Shown here piece by piece: positions 31,069-39,555 of a stretch of 64,000 nucleotides of DNA; the first letter of the stretch is position 1, and the number at the start of each line of letters is the position of its first letter. The notes beneath the pieces were generated by a model that had not been told where the DNA came from, searched no databases, and saw nothing but the letters and a program-made list of their open reading frames with translations. Both the position numbers and the translations under genes were made by a program. The DNA is from Candidatus Parcubacteria bacterium (GTDB taxonomy: Bacteria; Patescibacteriota; Minisyncoccia; Phycocordibacterales; EsbW-18): assembly GCA_039798445.1 (NCBI GenBank), contig JBDKFZ010000012.1:2407-66406 (forward strand), in the 5' to 3' direction.

Positions 31069-31407
31069 TCAGAGTCCTCCTTCGGCGTACGTGGAATCGT
31101 GAGTAGGAACCAGCTCGCAGAACATCTTCCCGAAGATCAGGATGCTGGTAGGAGGGAGCTCATCGCTCCACCACTCTGCCGCTTCCGTCTTCCCGACAGC
31201 ACGCAGAGCTTCCACCGCATCTCGGAGAAGAACACCGTAACCGTTCTGATTCTCCGGGGCGGGCTCACCACCGAACACCCCGAACTGAGGAGTAGTGGGG
31301 CCAGACTCCCCTACAGTGGGAAGAACGACACCGACCCAAGCCCTTCGGATCTCTTCCGGCGCTTGTCCAGCAGGCACTGAGATGATTTTAATCGCCATAG
31401 CGATCAC
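31069..31407 (-). CDS. hypothetical protein (112 aa) in a GC-rich island
   Basis: About 60% GC ORF between the HIT terminator and pgk. No recognisable domain. Confidence 0.4.
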   Translation of the reverse strand: MIAMAIKIISVPAGQAPEEIRRAWVGVVLPTVGESGPTTPQFGVFGGEPAPENQNGYGVLLRDAVEALRAVGKTEAAEWWSDELPPTSILIFGKMFCELVPTHDSTYAEGGL

Positions 31408-31448
31408 CTCCTTTCCGAGGTATTTCTAACACACCCATTGGTCAAACA

Positions 31449-32552
31449 CTAGGCTTCAAGCGCCGCCACCGCAGGAAGCGTTCCGTATGCAAAAAGATGG
31501 AGCATCGCACCACCGGCTTCTGAAACGAACGCAAATGCGCCGGTGGTGTCGATATCTTTGATGGATGCGAGTGTATCTCCCCCACCGATCACAACCTGCG
31601 CCTCACAATCCATGAGCATGTGCGCGAGCAGATGTGTTGATTCTCCGTATCCGCGTTCGTAATCGCCGAGCGGTCCGTTCCAGATGACTGTTTGTGCCTG
31701 CGCGATGAGCGCGCTGAGCTCGGCGAGGCTCTCAGTACCTGCGTCAACGATTGATTCATCTTTTTTCACCTCGGTGATGGGACCGACGCGCATGATGCCG
31801 TCGGGACCGATGATGCGTGCGTCGATTGGAAGTTTGATGCGCGCGTCGGCAGTGATGGCGTCCAAATCAGGGATGTTCTTCGATGCACTCACCGAGACAC
31901 CAATCTCCTCCCCTTTGTCTTCGAGCAACACGTTCGCAGAAACACCACCGGCGTACACGGTGTCGAATCGGTCAGTCATCTTGGCAATGAGTGGAAGCTT
32001 GGTCTCAGGCTTTGCTCCGCCGATGATTGCGAGTGACGGCGATGTAGGAGATGCAAACTTCGACAATCCCTCGTATTCGCGCTGGAACGAAAGACCCATA
32101 ACACTAGGCATAAGCTTGGGAACGCTCACGACTGAGGCATGTTCACGGTGAGCCGCCGTAAAATCATCATTCACATAGATATCTGCGAGCTCGGCGAGCT
32201 GTGCAGCAAATGCAGGATCGTTCTTCTCTTCTCCGGGATAACGACGGAGGTTTTCGGCAAGAACAACTTTGTCATTTCCTGTATATGAAAAAATGTCTTC
32301 GACAAAAACGACCGGTAGGTGTTTTGAAAGATAATCAGCGACCGGTTTGAGAGACGTGTCAGCGCCGTCCGAGTGGTGGCTCACCAAGATAATGCGTGCT
32401 CCGGCATTGATGAGAAAATCGATTGTCGAGACGCAGTCATCGATACGAACCGTATCGCGAATCGTTTCACCATCCATTGGCACGTTAAAAGGTGCTCGCA
32501 CGAGAACGCGCTTTCCTTTGATGTCACCAAGTGATGAGAGTCCTGAAGGCAT
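31449..32552 (-). CDS. pgk: phosphoglycerate kinase
   Basis: RAPFNVP, NLRRYPGEEKND, YVNDDFTAAHREHAS, and the C-terminal GGGD hinge. Confidence 0.9.
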   Translation of the reverse strand: MPSGLSSLGDIKGKRVLVRAPFNVPMDGETIRDTVRIDDCVSTIDFLINAGARIILVSHHSDGADTSLKPVADYLSKHLPVVFVEDIFSYTGNDKVVLAENLRRYPGEEKNDPAFAAQLAELADIYVNDDFTAAHREHASVVSVPKLMPSVMGLSFQREYEGLSKFASPTSPSLAIIGGAKPETKLPLIAKMTDRFDTVYAGGVSANVLLEDKGEEIGVSVSASKNIPDLDAITADARIKLPIDARIIGPDGIMRVGPITEVKKDESIVDAGTESLAELSALIAQAQTVIWNGPLGDYERGYGESTHLLAHMLMDCEAQVVIGGGDTLASIKDIDTTGAFAFVSEAGGAMLHLFAYGTLPAVAALEA

Positions 32553-32554
32553 AC

Positions 32555-33322
32555 CTATGCTTTATCGACTGACGCGATTATTGCCTTGAATTCTTTTGCA
32601 TCGACGCTCGCATGACCGACGAGGAATCCGTCGACGGTCCCCTCTTGCAAAAGCGACGCCGCGTTCTTTGATTCGACCGAACCGCCATAGAGCACACGGA
32701 CCGCTGTGCCCGGCTTTCGTCCGTACATGCTCACCAAGATTTTTTTAATAAAGAGCGTCGTCTCGTGAAGCGTCGACGGCGTCATCGCCTGATCGGCAGA
32801 CTTTCCGATTGCCCACACCGGCTCGTATGCAATAACGACCGACGCAAGCTTGGGACGCGTGATGCCTGTAAGCGATTCTCTAATCTGACTCTCAAGCGTC
32901 GTGAGGTAACCACCGCGCATGTCACGTTCGTTCTCACCAACGCAAACAACTGCGGTCAAACCGTGTTTGATGACGGTCTGCGCTTTGAGCGACACCAAGT
33001 GGCTCGTCTCCCCCGCTGCGCGCATCTCAGAGTGTCCGAGGATTACGTGCGACACACCAAGACTGCGGAGCGCGTACACGCTCGATGCACCGGTATGCTT
33101 TGGTTCTACATCCCAAAAAGCATCTTGTGCTCCAAGACGGATCGACGAAGAAACGTTTGATGCAAAAAGTCCGAGGAGAGGTGTTTGAGGACAAACAACA
33201 ACGTGCGTACGTCGTGCAGTACGAGCGGCGTTCTGACTGGCGCGGTAGAGTTCTTTCGCCTCTTTTGGAGAATCGATGTAAAGCTTCCAGTTACCGATGA
33301 CGAGTTTTTTGTTTTGGGCCAT
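32555..33322 (-). CDS. tpiA: triosephosphate isomerase
   Basis: MAQNKKLVIGNWKL, ILGHSEMR, AYEPVWAIGKS, YGGSV. ATG at 33322. Confidence 0.9.
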   Translation of the reverse strand: MAQNKKLVIGNWKLYIDSPKEAKELYRASQNAARTARRTHVVVCPQTPLLGLFASNVSSSIRLGAQDAFWDVEPKHTGASSVYALRSLGVSHVILGHSEMRAAGETSHLVSLKAQTVIKHGLTAVVCVGENERDMRGGYLTTLESQIRESLTGITRPKLASVVIAYEPVWAIGKSADQAMTPSTLHETTLFIKKILVSMYGRKPGTAVRVLYGGSVESKNAASLLQEGTVDGFLVGHASVDAKEFKAIIASVDKA

Positions 33323-33512
33323 ATAAAGAAAAGAGATGTCCCAATTGTAGCATGTGGCAACTTTCAACTTATTCCTTTTAAAATAAGGCTGGAGTGACTT
33401 TTAAGGGATGAAAAAACCTCGCATCCGCCGGTATGGCGAAGCGAGGCTCCCATCGAGACACCGATGGATGTGTTGGGCGGTATGCCCTCTGCAGACAGAG
33501 AACGTTTGGGCT

Positions 33513-34187
33513 TTAGAAGTGAGGGTCCATGTTGACCGGCAGGGTCCCGACGAAGCGCCACTCCTCTCCCCAAGATTCAGGGGAGCGACCCATATGAACG
33601 TACCAGTCATCCTTGTGGCAACAGCCGGCGAGGAAGCAGAAAACGCCCCCAACCTGCCACTGCGTGGCGTAATGTCGACCATCCCGGAAGAGAGGCTGGG
33701 ACGAAAATGCCTCCGCCAGGGCACGAGGATCGGGCGTGAGGCGGTTGGCACCATAAAGCTCGGCCACCTGAAGGGAACTGATGCGACCCTCCTGATAGTA
33801 CCCCGAGCTCGGCTCGATGATGCCGAGATCAACTTCTTCACCAAGACCCGTCGGAACGGCTTGGAGAACCTCGGGGTCGATGTGCTGGTGTCCCCCGATG
33901 GACTCGATGACTTCCCACGGAGCGAGACCACGATTGACCTGGATGTGCGATACGGTGGTGATGTCGCCACCCTCCACGTGCTTACGGACCACTGCCAGAA
34001 GCTCCGGAGTCAGGAGATCGGGTTGATGGTTCATAGCGTCCCGCAGTAAATCTGCGGGGAACCGCTCCGCCCGAACTGCAAGGTCAAGCCTTTCGAAGAG
34101 CTTCGCGATTTGAAAGCCACTTGCAATTTGAATACTCGGGGTCATCATCGTTCTCCTTTTGAGTGCTGTACCCAATATGGGATTCAT
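33513..34187 (-). CDS. hypothetical protein (224 aa) in a GC-rich island of about 58% GC
   Basis: Three long ORFs overlap here in different frames. The minus-strand frame has GC3-rich codons and a normal amino-acid composition, while the plus-strand ORF is Arg-rich like an antisense artifact. Confidence 0.45.
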   Translation of the reverse strand: MNPILGTALKRRTMMTPSIQIASGFQIAKLFERLDLAVRAERFPADLLRDAMNHQPDLLTPELLAVVRKHVEGGDITTVSHIQVNRGLAPWEVIESIGGHQHIDPEVLQAVPTGLGEEVDLGIIEPSSGYYQEGRISSLQVAELYGANRLTPDPRALAEAFSSQPLFRDGRHYATQWQVGGVFCFLAGCCHKDDWYVHMGRSPESWGEEWRFVGTLPVNMDPHF

Positions 34188-34293
34188 AGCTTCACCAGAA
34201 TGGTGAGTTGCTACTACGTAGTGCTCTTAAGATACATCCGCGTGCACTATGACAATTCTAGATGAATCTGTCAACAGATGATTTGATTCCCTC

Positions 34294-35709
34294 TTACTCA
34301 ACCTCTTCCCATTCAAGGAATGTAAACTCGTCCGATATTGTTGGTGTGAGTGGCGGTGGTGATGTAACAAGATCCGAGTCATAAATATTCACGCGGTTCT
34401 GGTATCCCGACACAACGTTCGAGCCCGATGTCCATTTGGTACCTTCACGCGCATTGGAGACGATCGTACCGTTCACGGTAAGCAAGGTGCGAAGATAGTT
34501 TGCACCTTCTGATGATGGATAGTAATTACGTCCGAAGTAACCATTTTGTGCGATGAAGATACCACTGAGGCTCATCGTGCTCGGAGAATTGAACGGAATG
34601 AGGATGGAACGGTCTGCAATGACGGTGAGACCATCGGCGCCGGTGTCGTCAGCATAGGTTATATTGCCGTTCAGGATGACGTCAGCGCGTGCGGAAGGGC
34701 TTATAATTTCATCTGCAGCGATAATCACTTTTTGATCGACGACTCCCTCAATCCACGTCTTTGCTTCGACAAAGATAACCGGACAATCCTCTGGAATAGT
34801 CACTGTCGTCTGACTTTGTGTGCTTGTAATCGTGTGATAGTCGCTGTGCCACTGTGTGCCAGTATCAACGTGCTGTGCATCCACAGCAGACGTGCCGGTT
34901 ACTCGCCATCGTGTGATGGTACCGTTGCCATTGAACCGTATACGCATACCGCGCTGGTCAGAATTGCTCGTCTCGTTGATATATAAACCTTGTGAGACAG
35001 CGAGTGCTTTGATCTGAGCAAGATCCGTCGTGATACCGGCAAAATCCACCTGCGGAAGCGGATACTGCCACAATGCACTCCCCGACCCTGAACCAAAGAC
35101 TCCCGTTGTCGTGGCGGTCGGACTGCACCCAAACGAACTTGTACATGACCATGTTGAGACAGCGCTCGTCACAAGCGAATCGTTGGTACCGTCCATACGA
35201 ATACCGCCGTTACTATGATAATTACCACTGATTTGACGATCGGAACCCGCCCACACGTTGCTGTTGATGATGTATGCATACGATGCAACCGACGGCCGTG
35301 CGTAGCGGGCATACACCGTCCGGCGCAGTGTTGGATCCTCATCCGTCCATCCTGTTGATGTGATTGAGATAGTGCTCGTCTGTCCACAGAATTCCTCACT
35401 ATCAACGTTGAGCTCAAACGTACCCACAACCCCGCTCTCCGGATCGCTATACGGAACCTGCTGTGGTCCGGGTTGTCCGGTTCCATTCGTAAGATCGTTC
35501 GGAAAATGCGCGAGACGCCATTTATAGTAATCAACACCCGCCTCTGCAATCTGAAGTGCACGCTCGCGAGTTTCTTTTTTTACTTGGCTCTTGGTCTGAA
35601 GAAAAACAAATCCCACAAGCCCACCAAGAATCGTGAGGAACACGGTGCCGAACACGACAACCGAGATAACGATGTATCCTCGATGCTTGGAGTGATCGGT
35701 CATACTCAC
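34294..35709 (-). CDS. PilX-like pilus assembly / minor pilin-associated protein (N-terminal hydrophobic anchor, Ser/Thr-rich ectodomain)
   Basis: N-terminus HRGYIVISVVVFGTVFLTILGGLVGFVF resembles PilX_N. ATGA overlap with the upstream prepilin gene suggests translational coupling within the pilus cluster. Confidence 0.5.
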   Translation of the reverse strand: MSMTDHSKHRGYIVISVVVFGTVFLTILGGLVGFVFLQTKSQVKKETRERALQIAEAGVDYYKWRLAHFPNDLTNGTGQPGPQQVPYSDPESGVVGTFELNVDSEEFCGQTSTISITSTGWTDEDPTLRRTVYARYARPSVASYAYIINSNVWAGSDRQISGNYHSNGGIRMDGTNDSLVTSAVSTWSCTSSFGCSPTATTTGVFGSGSGSALWQYPLPQVDFAGITTDLAQIKALAVSQGLYINETSNSDQRGMRIRFNGNGTITRWRVTGTSAVDAQHVDTGTQWHSDYHTITSTQSQTTVTIPEDCPVIFVEAKTWIEGVVDQKVIIAADEIISPSARADVILNGNITYADDTGADGLTVIADRSILIPFNSPSTMSLSGIFIAQNGYFGRNYYPSSEGANYLRTLLTVNGTIVSNAREGTKWTSGSNVVSGYQNRVNIYDSDLVTSPPPLTPTISDEFTFLEWEEVE

Positions 35710-36314
35710 AGATTGATTTTAAGGTTACGAATTGCAGCGCTCGAACGGAGCACATATTCGTTCGGCAACGTCTCAGGGTTCACATTGACGACGAGACTCA
35801 CCTTCACAAAGACCGCAGGAGTAACGTTCGTATACGACGTGAGTTCTGCACCCGCACTATTAAAGTATTCAAAAATGGGAACGTTCTGCTCGACATTGCG
35901 CACATTCTCCGAAACAACACTCACTATCCCATTCGCCTCATTGTAGACTGCAGGCGAACCAACAGGATTAGTGATGCTTTTCATAAACGATGTCCCGTCG
36001 AGATAGAAGCGAACAAGCTCGGCATCGTTATCCCTATCAAGGTCAGTATAGATTGCAACAGTTGTCGATCCGATTGTAATGATGGGATAGGCACCCGTCT
36101 CCGAATACCGCGCTTCGCGGATATCGCGAACCATCTGCTCGACACCACGACGTGCATTCTCGACTGCGATTGCTTGCTCCATCGCATATCTATTTCCGCG
36201 GTACAACATGACAATCGAGCTCACAACCGCCGTGCTGATAATCATGAAGATAGCGAGCGTGGTAATCGCCTCAATAAGCGTGAAGCCTCGACGATTGTTC
36301 GTTGTGAAATACAT
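35706..36314 (-). CDS. type IV prepilin-like protein (minor pilin / pseudopilin)
   Basis: Class III signal MYFTTNNRRG|FTLIEAITTLAIFMIISTAVV, with the conserved Gly, Phe+1 and Glu+5. Confidence 0.85.
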   Translation of the reverse strand: MYFTTNNRRGFTLIEAITTLAIFMIISTAVVSSIVMLYRGNRYAMEQAIAVENARRGVEQMVRDIREARYSETGAYPIITIGSTTVAIYTDLDRDNDAELVRFYLDGTSFMKSITNPVGSPAVYNEANGIVSVVSENVRNVEQNVPIFEYFNSAGAELTSYTNVTPAVFVKVSLVVNVNPETLPNEYVLRSSAAIRNLKINL

Positions 36315-36317
36315 ATT

Positions 36318-38141
36318 CTAAGGATTGAGGAGGACCGAATACGTTGTTGCTCCCGAAACCGAGAGCCCCGTGATGTTTTGTGTCGTAAATCCACTTGCCG
36401 ATACATCCAATGTGTATGAAGTTGCAGATAGACCACGGAAGAACGACTGTCCACATGCCGATGAGTCTATGGTTTCATCATACCCCGTTCTACTGAGACG
36501 CACTGATGCGTTTTCGAGCGGGACATTCTGGTCATTCGTGACATACACAAGAAGCGAGTGCGCAGTCGCAGGTGCAAAGATGAAATCAACAATCTGTGAG
36601 ATTGCTGGATTGAGCCCAAATGGCTGGAACGGACAAGCCTCAACAACCGAAAGGCTGCTTTCAGCGGATCCTTTGGTGATGAGGTAGGTGTCCCACTCGA
36701 CGTCTTCAATCGCAAGCGTTCCATCAACTCCGGTAGTGTGTGAATCGGTATATTTGTAGATAGGTGCACCTCCACCATCGGTGCCGATTGTCTTTGCTCC
36801 CTGCATCGTAAAGGTGGTTGTTGGACGTGGAATCGGACCCTCATCATAGGTAATCGTCCACGAACGAAGCGTTGGCGTAACCCATGGGTCACTGCTCTGC
36901 ACATCGCCGACCAGCGCAAGACTGGGATACTCAATAACCGACAAACCAGAAAGATCGACCGGTGATGAACTGAATCCCGAAGAATTGCCGGGAAGATCGC
37001 TGTCAGAAACCAGCACTGATGACGTCGCCGTTGTAGCGAGTAGCGAAACACGCACAGTCGTGCTTGCCATGGCAATCGCATCAAATGCCAACTCATGCCA
37101 TGTATTCAGATATACAGGAGCAACCGATGTGGCAGTCACAGAACCAGTAGAAAAATATGTTCCTGGGGCTCCCGCGAGCGTCACCTCCCCTCCCGACACA
37201 ACAACATCCTCTGCCTCCGCAACCAACGATGAATCAGCAAATGAGTCTGTCCACGTTGCGGAACGAGTCTCGTCAAATGAACGCAATGTGATGTCAGAAA
37301 GCTCGTCGATACGGAACGTTGAAGATGTGATGGTGTCCCCAATAACAGTGAGCGTCCCGGGCATAGGGTTCGGATTCGACGGCGAGGCCAGATAGGTGCG
37401 GTCTGTGCTGTGTCCGGCTTTCGTCGTTTCAATCTGATACGCAGTCGATGTTGGTGCACCAGGAAAATAAGCGACGCCGTCATTGCTCGAAAACGTGGAG
37501 ATGCTGATGTTCGGCGACACGACGGTATTCGTTATTGTTATCTCCGCATTGGATACCGGTGCACCTCCGGCATCAACAACATTCACCACAAGTGTTCCTC
37601 CCCCATCCAAAGTCTCAATGCCTTTTGGAACGACGTTAGTTATGAGCGACACATCGCGGTCGGTGCCACGGAATTGCCATGAGACGCTTACCTTGGCGAT
37701 TTTAAAATCTGCCTGAATCCCATTGGTATCAGAGGGCCCTGTACCGTCCGCAGCATGATCGATGAACTGAACAAATGTACGACGCGTGTAAACAATATTA
37801 TTGAGAGAAATGCTTTCTTCGGGTGGAATAGAACCTGCGGGAATGCCACCCAACACCGCGACGCTGTTGTACGGGAGACTTCGTATATATTCAATCTGTT
37901 CATTGGCGAGCGCAATCGCACCAGTCTTTGCCTTTCCCAATCCCACTGACACCACCGCAAGCCGGATGACACCAAAAAGACCGATGAAAATGAGCAACAT
38001 GAGCGCCGTACCGACCACTGCATCAATCAGAGTAGCCCCGCGCTGGGGCGTAGAAGCACGAAATCCGAATCTCGAAATCCGAAACAAATTCAAAGCTCGA
38101 AATCCTAAATCCAAAACAGGTTGTAAGTTCGTTTTGAACAT
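36318..38141 (-). CDS. large pilin-like protein (607 aa) with prepilin-type N-terminus and a Thr/Ser-rich ectodomain; candidate tip adhesin or major subunit
   Basis: ...QRG|ATLIDAVVGTALMLLIFIGLFGVI prepilin-like segment. The annotated ATG (38141) lies in the loop of a large palindromic repeat cluster, so the true start is uncertain. Confidence 0.65.
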   Translation of the reverse strand: MFKTNLQPVLDLGFRALNLFRISRFGFRASTPQRGATLIDAVVGTALMLLIFIGLFGVIRLAVVSVGLGKAKTGAIALANEQIEYIRSLPYNSVAVLGGIPAGSIPPEESISLNNIVYTRRTFVQFIDHAADGTGPSDTNGIQADFKIAKVSVSWQFRGTDRDVSLITNVVPKGIETLDGGGTLVVNVVDAGGAPVSNAEITITNTVVSPNISISTFSSNDGVAYFPGAPTSTAYQIETTKAGHSTDRTYLASPSNPNPMPGTLTVIGDTITSSTFRIDELSDITLRSFDETRSATWTDSFADSSLVAEAEDVVVSGGEVTLAGAPGTYFSTGSVTATSVAPVYLNTWHELAFDAIAMASTTVRVSLLATTATSSVLVSDSDLPGNSSGFSSSPVDLSGLSVIEYPSLALVGDVQSSDPWVTPTLRSWTITYDEGPIPRPTTTFTMQGAKTIGTDGGGAPIYKYTDSHTTGVDGTLAIEDVEWDTYLITKGSAESSLSVVEACPFQPFGLNPAISQIVDFIFAPATAHSLLVYVTNDQNVPLENASVRLSRTGYDETIDSSACGQSFFRGLSATSYTLDVSASGFTTQNITGLSVSGATTYSVLLNP

Positions 38142-38200
38142 TTGGATTTAGGGTTTAGTGCTTCTTTCGGATTTCGTGCTTCGTGCTTCGGATTTCATCC
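38037..38200. repeat. palindromic repeat cluster (direct and inverted copies of cgaaatccgaa, tandem cgtgctt x2) spanning the pilin start and the pilC stop
   Basis: gaagcacgaaatccgaatctcgaaatccgaaac ... ttggatttagggtttagtgcttctttcggatttcgtgcttcgtgcttcggatttc. Two ~55-nt arms, imperfectly complementary, around a ~26-nt loop that contains the pilin ATG. Confidence 0.7.
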
Positions 38201-38201
38201 C

Positions 38202-39410
38202 CTAGATACCGCTTGAGAGCGAATAAATCGGCGTAATCATGGAGACGGCAAAGAACCCGACCGCAGCACCAATGATGACCATGAGGAATGGTTCGATGAT
38301 CGTCGACATATCTTTTGTCTTCTGATCGACCTCACTCTCGAAGAAGACCGCAATTTGGAGAAGCATCGCCGGGAGCTTTCCAGTCTCTTCACCCACCGCT
38401 ATCATCTCGTTCACCATCGGTGGAAAGAGGCGCTCGTAGCGTGAAAAAACGGCTGAGACCGCTGCACCTTTCTGGATTTCTTGTTCGGCCTCAACAAATG
38501 CTTCTTTGTAATACGAGTTCTGGAGGACATCCCCCGTGATCGATATCGCAGCAACCATGTCGACTCCTGATGAAAGAAGTGACGAGAACGTGCGCGACAT
38601 ACGTGCCGCATTGGTTTCTTTAACCAAGTTGCCGATGATTGGCATGCGGAGCATGACGAACTCGAATCCCCGTTTGCCCCTGCGCGTACGCGAAAGCATG
38701 ATGGCCCCAACGACAAGAAGGATAAGCCCTGCGATAACCGCAATCGGATTTGCAGTGAGCAAATCACTCGATGAGATAACGAGCTGTGTCGTTGCGGGAA
38801 GTTTGACGTTGAGTTCAACGAACGTCGCAGTGAGCGTCGGAACGACGAACATAAGCATGAGGATACCAATGATAATCATCACCGAAAGGATGATGATTGG
38901 ATACATCATCGCGCCACGTATCTTCCGGCGCAGTGCGTAACTGCGATCCATTTGTTCGGCGACGATACGGAGCGAGTCACCGAGCTTACCAGATTCTTCA
39001 CCAGCACGGACCATCGATACAAAGAGCGGCGAGAAAGTCTCTGGAAACTTGGCAAGGGCTTCTGAAAGCGCCGAACCTTTTTCGACATATGCGCTCAGGG
39101 CAACGAGAATCTTCTTGAATTTCTTGCTCTTCGTCTGACGCTCCATAACGGTGAGCGCGCGAGAGAGTGCAAGGCCCGCGTCGACCATCGCCCCAAGGTT
39201 CTTGGCAAAAGTGATCTTGTCGGCGAGCTTTACACCACCAAATGAGATATTGAAACGCGAACCCACGCTTTCCTTATTAGACTCTTCAGCAGTGATGAGC
39301 GTCTTCCCTTCTGTTTTGAGATCGCGCGCAAGCGCGAATTGATCATCCGCTTCGCGGATCCCCTCTTCAACTTCGCCGCTTGATGCGACTGATTTATACG
39401 AGAACTTCAT
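38202..39410 (-). CDS. pilC: type IV pilus assembly platform protein PilC (GspF family, two T2SSF repeats)
   Basis: Three TM segments, duplicated F-domain signatures. ATG MKFSYKSVASSG at 39410; the ORF track starts at 39464. Confidence 0.9.
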   Translation of the reverse strand: MKFSYKSVASSGEVEEGIREADDQFALARDLKTEGKTLITAEESNKESVGSRFNISFGGVKLADKITFAKNLGAMVDAGLALSRALTVMERQTKSKKFKKILVALSAYVEKGSALSEALAKFPETFSPLFVSMVRAGEESGKLGDSLRIVAEQMDRSYALRRKIRGAMMYPIIILSVMIIIGILMLMFVVPTLTATFVELNVKLPATTQLVISSSDLLTANPIAVIAGLILLVVGAIMLSRTRRGKRGFEFVMLRMPIIGNLVKETNAARMSRTFSSLLSSGVDMVAAISITGDVLQNSYYKEAFVEAEQEIQKGAAVSAVFSRYERLFPPMVNEMIAVGEETGKLPAMLLQIAVFFESEVDQKTKDMSTIIEPFLMVIIGAAVGFFAVSMITPIYSLSSGI

Positions 39411-39436
39411 TACGAAAATTGTAGCACGAGAAGCTA

Positions 39437-39548
39437 TTAGCAATTGGCAATTAAAAAACTCCAAATGTATGGCGCAGAGCGGAGTGGATCCGGGTTTTTC
39501 CGAGCCTGCGAGGACAAAACGCGGACCACGCAGCGAAGGTCATACCGC
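39437..39548 (-). repeat. repeat element A2 (inverted copy of A1) in the pilB-pilC intergenic region
   Basis: Aligns to the reverse complement of 26093..26201. Begins with gcaattggcaatt and ends near ggaccacgcagcgaagg. Confidence 0.85.
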
Positions 39549-39555
39549 GAGGTCC

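Noticed and set aside
33408-34049. 213-aa plus-strand ORF and 189-aa alternate minus-frame ORF in the GC-rich block
   Set aside because: Both overlap the preferred 224-aa minus-strand frame. The plus ORF is Arg-rich (MKKPRIRRYGEARLPSRHRW) like antisense translations, and it has no start or SD context.
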